In this document: one piece after another, positions 1 to 6,267 of the stretch
Layout of the letters: every line of letters begins with the position of its first letter
Position numbering within the stretch: the stretch's first letter is position 1
NCBI GenBank assembly: GCA_965369655.1
Contig: CBDUQR010000062.1
Span: 1 to 12,215 of the forward strand
Origin: an uncultured bacterium
Lineage (GTDB): Bacteria > Zixibacteria > MSB-5A5 > JAABVY01 > JAHJOQ01
Length of the DNA stretch: 12,215 nt
Reading direction: 5' to 3'
Notes under the pieces: generated by a model
Told to the model about the DNA's origin: nothing
Database searches by the model: none
What the model saw: only the letters and a program-made list of their open reading frames with translations
Translations under genes and position numbers: made by a program

Positions 1-87
1 CGACTGCAAACACTATCTTCTTAACATGTCCGTTATAGCGGGGGAAGATCAACTCAGAGCCATCACACAAAACAAGACTTATACAGA

Positions 88-378
88 TCAGCGTTTCCAG
101 TGGCCCGGTACCCAGACATGGCCGTGACCCCGCTTGGCGTAGTGACCAGTCACCCATTTACCCCTCGGGTTTTTTTCCCAATGGCCCGGTTTCCAGATAT
201 ATTTGTTGCCAGCCCATTTCCAGTGACCGTCGATCCAGACAGCCTTGGGTCCCGGCGGCGCAGGTTTGATTTCGGTCTTCAGGGGCGGCGGTGCCTCCGG
301 TATGTACACCACACCGGCGCAGCCAAATATGAATGCAACTAAGATCGCGACAGATAGCAGAACACAGATTCTTTTCAT
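88..378 (-). CDS. Small lipoprotein with WxxGxW (YXWGXW) repeats
   Basis: 96 aa. MKR, hydrophobic stretch and lipobox-like IFG-C, then a Pro-rich linker (PEAPPPLKTEIKPAPPGP) and four repeats: VWIDGHW, IWKPGHW, KWVTGHY, VWVPGHW. SD AAAGGAG lies just upstream of the ATG. Confidence 0.88.
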   Translation of the reverse strand: MKRICVLLSVAILVAFIFGCAGVVYIPEAPPPLKTEIKPAPPGPKAVWIDGHWKWAGNKYIWKPGHWEKNPRGKWVTGHYAKRGHGHVWVPGHWKR

Positions 379-397
379 AATATTCTCCTTTATTTTT

Positions 398-424
398 CTA
401 TCGGCTCAATATGGCAAGCCTTCA
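398..424 (-). promoter_or_regulatory. Putative sigma28 (FliA/WhiG-type) promoter for the lipoprotein gene
   Basis: Minus strand TGAAG(424-420)-N14-GCCGATAG(405-398) matches TAAAG-N14-GCCGATAA in spacing, about 20 nt before the start codon. Confidence 0.45.
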
Positions 425-473
425 GCCTGTGGTTGAGCATGGATCGTGTATTATCCGATGTGGAACAATTAGC

Positions 474-503
474 TTGCGGATATTGCCTGATTACTGATAT
501 ACT
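474..503 (+). promoter_or_regulatory. Putative sigma70 promoter (extended -10) for the OCD/mu-crystallin gene
   Basis: TTGCGG(474-479)-N18-TATACT(498-503), with TG at 495-496 (TGnTATACT). SD AAGGAGGAG precedes ATG 534. Confidence 0.55.
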
Positions 504-533
504 GTCCTCAAATAACCGATCAAGGAGGAGTTA

Positions 534-1514
534 ATGCCGCTCATTCTGACCAGAAACGATGTCATAGGTGTTCTCGAAATGTCGGACTGTATGGATGTTG
601 TCGAGAAAGCGTTTGCGGAGATGGCGAATGGCACCGCCGTGCTTCCACTGCGAATAAATATCACACCACCCGACGGTCTGTCGCTCTACATGCCCGCGTA
701 CCTCAAGGAGATGGGAGCGCTTGCATGCAAGGTTGTTACAGTCTACAAGAACAACCCGACCAAACACAATATGCCAACCACAATCGGTAAGGTCTTGGTA
801 CAGGATCCGGAAACCGGCGATGTGATATGTATCATGGATGGTGGATACCTTACCGCAGTCAGGACAGGTGCAGTTAGCGGTGTTGCTACGAAGTATCTCG
901 CTCGCAAGGGTGATGACCAGGTCGCTGGGATATTCGGAGCCGGAGTGCAGGCGAAGATGCAACTCTGGGCTGTCGCCATCGCGAGAAAGCTGTCGAAAGC
1001 ATACGTGTATGACATTTCGGATCAGGCAGCCGCGAGTTTCATTACTGAAATGAAAGAGAAACTTGGCATCGACATCTCACGGGCTGACACACCCGATCAG
1101 ATACTTGACAAAGCTGACATAATTTGCACCGCGACATCATCGCCGACGCCGATATTCGATGGCGGCAAGGTCAAAACGGGAGCCCACATAAACGGCATCG
1201 GCAGCCACACGCCGGGTGCGCGCGAACTCGATACGGAGATAATCAAGAGGGCAAAGCTGATCGCCGATTCATACGAAGCCTGCCTCAAGGAAGCGGGTGA
1301 TATAATGATCCCGATCGATGAAGGCGCTATCGACAAATCGCACATGCACGCCGAGCTGGGTGAGATCGTGACCGGCAAGAAATCTGCGAGATCCGATGAC
1401 GGCGAAATCACATTGTTCAAGTCGAACGGCCTCGCGATACAGGATGTCGCGACTGCGAAGCTGGTCTATGACCGCGCGGTCGAGAAGGGAATCGGCCAGA
1501 CAGTAGATATCTAA
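534..1514 (+). CDS. Ornithine cyclodeaminase/mu-crystallin family NAD(P)-dependent enzyme (archaeal-type alanine dehydrogenase or ketimine reductase; substrate not determinable)
   Basis: 326 aa. Family motifs PLR..YMPA, KVVTVYKNNP, LTAVRTGA, Rossmann GIFGAGVQA, HINGIGS and C-terminal FKSNGLAIQD. Strong SD AAGGAGGAG. Confidence 0.92.
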   Translation: MPLILTRNDVIGVLEMSDCMDVVEKAFAEMANGTAVLPLRINITPPDGLSLYMPAYLKEMGALACKVVTVYKNNPTKHNMPTTIGKVLVQDPETGDVICIMDGGYLTAVRTGAVSGVATKYLARKGDDQVAGIFGAGVQAKMQLWAVAIARKLSKAYVYDISDQAAASFITEMKEKLGIDISRADTPDQILDKADIICTATSSPTPIFDGGKVKTGAHINGIGSHTPGARELDTEIIKRAKLIADSYEACLKEAGDIMIPIDEGAIDKSHMHAELGEIVTGKKSARSDDGEITLFKSNGLAIQDVATAKLVYDRAVEKGIGQTVDI

Positions 1515-1588
1515 GAGAGCAGGCGCATGCTATAAGGTTGTCCCACAGGACGCGAAAAGCAGGTAATCACATTTGCGAAAGCAAATAC

Positions 1589-1817
1589 TGTCATTCCCGC
1601 GAAGGCGGCTTGTTGATAAACCCATTGTATGCAGAAGTAGTAACCATCGTCATCATGAGGAGCGCCAGCGACGTGGTGATCTCAGTTCATGCAATGTAAT
1701 GCCCAACATGAGATTGCCGCGCTCCCTTAGGTCGCTCGCAATGACGGCGAGATCTAACGGTCGCTTAGAATCCCACGCCCAATACCTTTTTCAACAAGTC
1801 CCTCCGCGGGAGTGACA
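1589..1817. repeat. Three nested inverted repeats (REP/MITE-like composite) between convergent genes
   Basis: Outer pair 1589-1605/1801-1817 (TGTCATTCCCGCGAAGG, 15/17). Middle pair 1607-1620/1787-1800 (GGCTTGTTGATAAA, 12/14). Inner pair 1648-1683/1710-1746 (CGTCAT...GATCTC / GAGATT...ATGACG). Confidence 0.8.
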
Positions 1818-1876
1818 TTGCCGGCTTCCCGCTTGAATTGATTGGTACTTTCAGGACAACCTCCTGTGTGTCGCCG

Positions 1877-3154
1877 CTATCTCTCCTGATCTGCAATGAG
1901 TTGATCTAATCGACGCTGAAGCTCTTCGACCTGAGCTTCGAGCGCATCTATGCGTTGAGTCCTGCGGGACAATTCCTGAATCGCAACGAGCGCAACGCCG
2001 TTCGGATCTACCGTAGAGATAGTTGTATTGCCATTTCCAAGACCGAAAAGCTCATAGAAATCCTGAGCTATCGGTCCTATGTGGACAATGCTGTCATCTT
2101 CGGACTTGAAATTCCACATCGTGATATCGAGTTTCCGGAGTTTTTCGAGGATCTGCTCTCCATCAATGTGAGTAAAATTCTCTTTCAGATTTCGATCCGA
2201 TGCATTCGCCCAAATGCCCGCAATCGTAAGTCGCGCACCGGTGTTGCTCGTGATTAGCCCCACGCCGTCGTCGAATATCTCGATCCAGTTGTCGTCATTG
2301 ATGTCGAAACGTGCGCCGCCGTGCGCCCTGACCCGGAACTGGTTGTTTCGCGCCGACTCGAACGTCGTATCAAATGCATCAGCCCATACGAATGATCCGT
2401 TGTGTTTTGCATGCGCATTGTGGCCGCCCGCGAACGAATAAGTGCCTTCGGCGATATTATCTTTCCCACCTGCAACTGCACTGTACTGACCGTAAGCTTT
2501 GTTGTACACGCCACCGCCGACGAAGCTGTAATTGCCACCGGCGACATTGTTATATCCGCTCATTACGGCTGGATAGATACTGTTCTGGCCGCCTACTCCT
2601 GTCGTACATGACAACCCGAAGTTTATCATCGTGAACGCGGCATTGCCAAAAAGAACGCTCGCGGAATTCCCTCTGGCAAGTCCCCAGAGATTGTCGGTAT
2701 AGAGTATCGAATCGATGACGGTCCAGTGTTTGACTCCACCCATTGTCTCCAGCGAATACTGCGCGGTGTCGGCCCTGATGGTCGTATATGCATATGGTAC
2801 CGAGACAATCCGAGTCCTCGGGAAAAGCTCAGGTCTGTCCTGCAACTCGATCCCGAGCCACCTGAAGCGGCTCGCGAAGACTGATTCCGGGATTTCCGTC
2901 GTCGATCCGAGGAACACATCAAAGAGACCATCCGTCACAGTCAGAGACGGATGAGTCTCGAACCACATGACTCCATCGCCGTTCGGCGAATCGTAAATGC
3001 GAAACGTTACCTGGATAACGGTGTCGAGAGGATGACCCAGGTCGTCCGTCAGCCGCCCCTGGTAGTTGATCAGGAGCGGTACATCACCATAAGCAGATGA
3101 CAGAACAAGCAGAGCTACGACGGACGCAATCAATTTCAGGGATGTTGAGATCAT
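1877..3154 (-). CDS. Secreted fibre-like protein with C-terminal intramolecular chaperone/autoprocessing (Peptidase_S74) domain ('tail fiber domain-containing protein')
   Basis: Start moved from TTG 3220 to ATG 3154 (GGAG SD upstream; 425 aa). Signal peptide ending SSAYG-DVP, then N-domain VPLLINYQGRLTD and Gly-rich ~14-aa repeats (SGYNNVAGGNYSFVGGGVYNKAYGQYSAVAGGKDNIAEGTYSFAGG). C-terminal ASDRNLKENF...WNFK...HIGPIAQDF...AIQEL plus a coiled coil. Confidence 0.85.
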   Translation of the reverse strand: MISTSLKLIASVVALLVLSSAYGDVPLLINYQGRLTDDLGHPLDTVIQVTFRIYDSPNGDGVMWFETHPSLTVTDGLFDVFLGSTTEIPESVFASRFRWLGIELQDRPELFPRTRIVSVPYAYTTIRADTAQYSLETMGGVKHWTVIDSILYTDNLWGLARGNSASVLFGNAAFTMINFGLSCTTGVGGQNSIYPAVMSGYNNVAGGNYSFVGGGVYNKAYGQYSAVAGGKDNIAEGTYSFAGGHNAHAKHNGSFVWADAFDTTFESARNNQFRVRAHGGARFDINDDNWIEIFDDGVGLITSNTGARLTIAGIWANASDRNLKENFTHIDGEQILEKLRKLDITMWNFKSEDDSIVHIGPIAQDFYELFGLGNGNTTISTVDPNGVALVAIQELSRRTQRIDALEAQVEELQRRLDQLIADQER

Positions 3155-3452
3155 ATCAGACTCCATATCAAAATGCCGCCCAAATGTACAGCGACACTGG
3201 TTAATACGTGAACGTTCCAATGATCAGGTCACAATGCAACTCATCCGTAAGAGCCGTCCGATTTCATTTGCGGCATCCGTCCACGCAGATCGCCTATGAT
3301 TCTTATCGGACAGAGCAGAACATCGGCTACCGTAATTCTGGAAACCTCGGATGCCGATATGCCTTCGCAATCAGTACCCTCATAATATATACATTTTACT
3401 GTTCTAATGGTTGGGGAAAAAGTGAAAAGCTCAAGTCACTTTCGCAAGACGA

Positions 3453-3482
3453 TTGACACGTCTATCCGTGTTCGGCTATATT
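3453..3482 (+). promoter_or_regulatory. Putative sigma70 promoter for the HD-domain gene
   Basis: TTGACA(3453-3458)-N18-TATATT(3477-3482). SD GGAGGT at 3509-3514. Confidence 0.65.
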
Positions 3483-3520
3483 GCTTGTCAAATGAGTGAT
3501 CTGGATATGGAGGTGTATCG

Positions 3521-4072
3521 ATGCTTGACGAGGCAAAGAAACTCTGGCCGGAGTTGGACTGGATACAGGACAGCGGTCTTCGCGACAAGACCGCGCAGAC
3601 ATGGGCGCTGGCGCTCGAGCAGAGCAGTCTCGATCCGCAGGACTTAAACGAGATACCGTTTACGCTGCTGGTCAAAGACTGTCCTGTGACATTCATGGAG
3701 CACAAGCGCGCCGTAGTGCATATCGCTAACGAGTCGGCAAAGAAGATGATCGAATTCTTTGGAGATAACCTTCCGATCGATCTCGATGCTGTTATCTCAG
3801 GTGCGATCCTGGCGGATGTCGGGAAACTGCTCGAATATGACAAAGTCGACGGCAAGTCCGTTACGAGCACTTACGGTAAGTATGTCAGGCATCCGTTTTC
3901 GGGCGTCGGTCTCGCGATGCAGTGCGGCGTTCCGGACAAAGTTTGCCACATCATCGCGGCGCATGCCGGTGAGGGAGATCATGTCAAACGATCGACCGAG
4001 GCGTACATTGTCCATCATGCCGATTTTATGAGCTTCCTGCCGTTTAAGAATCTGGAGTATTGGAGGAAGTGA
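3521..4072 (+). CDS. HD/HDIG-domain metal-dependent phosphohydrolase-fold protein (motif II reads AD, not HD)
   Basis: 183 aa. Motifs in HD-fold order: EHKRAV, GAILADVGKLLEY, RHPFSG, HIIAAH, VHHADF. Strong SD and promoter upstream. Confidence 0.85.
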   Translation: MLDEAKKLWPELDWIQDSGLRDKTAQTWALALEQSSLDPQDLNEIPFTLLVKDCPVTFMEHKRAVVHIANESAKKMIEFFGDNLPIDLDAVISGAILADVGKLLEYDKVDGKSVTSTYGKYVRHPFSGVGLAMQCGVPDKVCHIIAAHAGEGDHVKRSTEAYIVHHADFMSFLPFKNLEYWRK

Positions 4073-4076
4073 CGAC

Positions 4077-4114
4077 AACCCACCCGGCGTTTCACTCTGG
4101 GTGGGCTACCGGCT
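4077..4114. repeat. REP-like palindrome, type A, copy 1
   Basis: AACCCACCCGGCGTTTCACTCTGGGTGGGCTACCGGCT. CCCACCC/GGGTGGG stem with a CTAC (GTAG) foot. Identical over 38 nt to 5906-5943. Confidence 0.9.
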
Positions 4115-4134
4115 TGTAGTGTGCGACCCGATAC

Positions 4135-4242
4135 GAGATCGCCACGCTTCCTCCCTTCGAGGCTCAGGACTTGTCGGTTACTCGCAATTGACGTGTTTGA
4201 GGTTGCGGTCATCGCGAGGAGCTACAGCGACGTGGCGATCTC
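4135..4242. repeat. Palindromic repeat cluster, same family as the inner repeat at 1648-1746
   Basis: Perfect 12-bp inverted repeat GAGATCGCCACG (4135-4146)/CGTGGCGATCTC (4231-4242). 4208-4242 (GTCATCGCGAGGAGCTACAGCGACGTGGCGATCTC) is a close variant of 1649-1683. The embedded CCTCCCTTCGAGGCTCAGGACTTG (4150-4173) recurs at 6190-6215. Confidence 0.8.
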
Positions 4243-4394
4243 TCGGCGAAGGTGTGAGCGGCAGATCCTTCTAAGTTCAGGACAGGCGAGAGCGCTTGAA
4301 CTACAAGAAGTACAGCACTAATACGGACAGATTTGTCAGAGGTCTTAATCTTGTATGTTCGATTTAGCGCTTGTCGTTAACTTGAGGTTTTGTT

Positions 4395-4421
4395 TGCAAC
4401 CTCGGTCTGGTTCGAATCGTA
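4395..4421 (+). promoter_or_regulatory. Possible ECF-type promoter for the DUF418 gene
   Basis: TGCAAC(4395-4400)-N17-CGTA(4418-4421) resembles the AAC/CGT promoters of B. subtilis SigW/SigM type, about 35 nt before ATG 4456. Confidence 0.35.
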
Positions 4422-4455
4422 TTCATACACTAAGAACTCAATGGAAAGAGGCGAT

Positions 4456-5820
4456 ATGTCCGACGAACTAGGAAGCGATGACCTGATGAGAAACACCGAT
4501 CGATCACCCGTTCATGGCAGCATCGACTCCCTGAAACCTGTCACGGCTGATGCACGAATCGAGGCGGTCGATGTGCTCCGTGGGTGCGCATTGCTTGGCA
4601 TACTGATGATAAACATCATCTCTTACGCACTGCCGAGCGCGACCCTTTTCAATGCGCCGATTGCTGGCGGATTCAGCGGAGCCAACCTCGTAGTGTGGGA
4701 AGTCAGTTACATGGTTTTCTTTCAGAAGATGATGGCGATATTTTCGATGCTGTTCGGTGCCGGTGTCATAATGATGAGCACAAGGGCTGAAACGGCAGGC
4801 CGGACATTCGGAGCGATCTACTACCGCCGAATCCTATGGCTGGGGCTTTTCGGTCTGATTCACGCGTATTTCTTCTGGTATGGCGATATTCTCTTCCCAT
4901 ACGCAATCGCCGGTCTCCTTCTTTATCCGCTCCGTCGAATCTCCACAAAGTACCTCGTGGGGCTTGGAATCCTCGTTTTTGTAGTCGGAGTGTTTCTGAG
5001 CGCCGGGACGGGAATGATGTTTGAGTACATAAGGGGGGAAGCCGAAGCTGGAAACGCCGCAGTCTCCGCAGGAGAGACTATGACTCAACAGCAGGATGTA
5101 ATGAGTCAGGTCTGGGACGAACTATGTCAATCTTTTGACCCATCTCCGGAGGTGTTATCTGTGGAGATAAAGGCGATGCAGGGAAACTACGGCGAAATGG
5201 TGAAATACCGGTTGCCGGAAGCGTTCGCGATGCACGTACAGGCCCTGCCGTTTTTTTTATTCTGGCGCGTTTTCGGGATGATGCTTATCGGCATGGGGCT
5301 GATGAAAGCTGGAGTCTTCTCGGCAGAACGTTCGATGAAGTTCTACGCCACCCTCGCCATTGCCGGTTACGTCATAGGCTTCTCTCTGACCGGCTATGGC
5401 ATGAAGCAGTTGTTTGCCGCAGATTTCGACTTTGTTTACTTTTTCAGGGCTGGCGGCATTTATGATTACATCGGCAGCGTCTTCGTGGCACTCGGTCATG
5501 TTGGGCTCCTGATGATTGTTTTCCGGTCGGGCATCCTCGGCGGCCTGAGAAAGCGTCTGGCCGCTGTCGGGCGAATGGCATTGAGCAACTATCTGACACA
5601 TACACTCATATTCACAGTGCTGTTCTGCGGATTCGGATTCGGTCTTTTTGGTCAGATAAATCGATTCGGACTGATATGGTTTGTCTTTGGAGTCTGGGTA
5701 TTGCAACTGTTGATAAGCCCAATCTGGCTGAAGCATTTCCGGTTCGGCCCTGCCGAATGGATCTGGCGCACACTGACATACTGGAAACGGCAGCCGATGC
5801 GGGTCACACAAGGCGATTAG
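4456..5820 (+). CDS. DUF418 (YeiB-like) polytopic membrane protein
   Basis: Start moved to ATG 4456 (GAGG upstream; 454 aa). Motifs RIEAVDVLRGCALLGILMINI, FSMLFGAG, YYRR..WLGLFGLIHAYFFWYGDIL, VGRMALSNYL and WLKHFRFGPAEWIWRTLTY. Multiple hydrophobic helices. Confidence 0.92.
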   Translation: MSDELGSDDLMRNTDRSPVHGSIDSLKPVTADARIEAVDVLRGCALLGILMINIISYALPSATLFNAPIAGGFSGANLVVWEVSYMVFFQKMMAIFSMLFGAGVIMMSTRAETAGRTFGAIYYRRILWLGLFGLIHAYFFWYGDILFPYAIAGLLLYPLRRISTKYLVGLGILVFVVGVFLSAGTGMMFEYIRGEAEAGNAAVSAGETMTQQQDVMSQVWDELCQSFDPSPEVLSVEIKAMQGNYGEMVKYRLPEAFAMHVQALPFFLFWRVFGMMLIGMGLMKAGVFSAERSMKFYATLAIAGYVIGFSLTGYGMKQLFAADFDFVYFFRAGGIYDYIGSVFVALGHVGLLMIVFRSGILGGLRKRLAAVGRMALSNYLTHTLIFTVLFCGFGFGLFGQINRFGLIWFVFGVWVLQLLISPIWLKHFRFGPAEWIWRTLTYWKRQPMRVTQGD

Positions 5821-5850
5821 TTTGTAGGTCACGCCCGCTTGCACTGACCT

Positions 5851-5901
5851 GCTGCAGTTGACGAATTCACAGATACGAAGAAGGTGGTGCTGGTGAAATA
5901 A
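5851..5901 (+). pseudogene. Probable remnant 3' end of a gene with a T9SS type-A-like C-terminal sorting tail
   Basis: Startless frame AAVDEFTDTKKVVLVK-TAA resembles the F-x-x-T-K-K-hydrophobic-K-stop terminus of FCB-group secreted proteins. The REP begins 4 nt after its stop, the same spacing as after the HD gene stop. Confidence 0.45.
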
Positions 5902-5951
5902 CGCAAACCCACCCGGCGTTTCACTCTGGGTGGGCTACCGGCTGCCGAAGC

Positions 5952-6101
5952 CGATGTCTATGGAGAGAGGAAGCGTTCCTATTGCACCTGATTCGCACCG
6001 CCGTTAACCCCAGGCTGAGCTTGCGCGACTGTTTGCAGGACTGGTACCGAATCTCGGTCGACCTGCGCGAGCGCGACCCGACGGATGGGGAAGTCTTGTA
6101 G
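5952..6101 (+). pseudogene. Possible fragment of the 3' part of an IS4-like transposase locus
   Basis: Frame without ATG or SD reads RCLWREEAFLLHLIRTAVNPRLSLRDCLQDWYRISVDLRE. The similarity to IS4-type C-terminal regions is from memory and is unverified. Confidence 0.3.
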
Positions 6102-6267
6102 GGAAGAACCCGAAGCCGGTAGCCCACCCAAAGCCAAAGCGTCGGGTGGGTTTCCAGTCAGGGCATGAGTCTTTACTGAGACCGTCACGCCTCCCTTCGT
6201 CAGGCTCAGGACTTGCAGGGCTCCTGACCTATTGTCCTAATTGTAGATAATGGGGATTGGCTGTGGA

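Larger units (their letters stand above)
5824..6232. repeat. Composite REP cluster: outer type-B pair enclosing an inverted type-A pair
   Basis: Type B: GTAGGTCA...TGACCTGC (5824-5852) and TCAGGA...TCCTGACCTAT (6206-6232). Type A: 5906-5943 (identical to 4077-4114) and the inverted variant AGCCGGTAGCCCACCC...GGGTGGGTTT (6114-6153). Confidence 0.82.

Noticed and set aside
1-87. Gene start or end at the left edge
   Set aside because: The minus-strand ATGs hit stops within five codons; nothing supportable.
1571-1586. Hairpin ATTTGC-GAAA-GCAAAT as a terminator for the OCD-family gene
   Set aside because: Short AT-rich 6-bp stem with no U-tract.
1573-1815. 80-aa ORF, and similar short ORFs at 4015-4212, 4121-4321, 5921-6127 and 5979-6188
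   Set aside because: They are translations of palindromic repeats, with no SD and no recognisable domain.
1877-3154. Prophage, suggested by the tail-fibre-type domain
   Set aside because: No integrase, capsid, terminase or other tail genes nearby, and the protein has a signal peptide.
3301-3360. Three CCGAT-type sigma28 -10-like words in the fibre/HD intergenic region
   Set aside because: None has a TNAAG-like -35 element at the 14-nt spacing.
5251-5259. T8 run forming an in-frame U-UUU-UUA slippery heptamer in DUF418
   Set aside because: Explained by Phe-Phe-Leu in a membrane helix. The zero frame continues to the conserved C-terminus, so no frameshift is needed.
5257-5844. Long antisense or alternate-frame ORFs (also 531-962, 3436-3870, 9411-9974, 10305-10757, 11175-11558)
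   Set aside because: Shadows of well-supported genes on the opposite strand, with no family motifs.
4077-6153. CRISPR array from the 38-bp repeats
   Set aside because: Copies are 1.8 kb apart or inverted, with no regular spacers and no cas genes. The hairpin plus GTAG foot fits REP elements.
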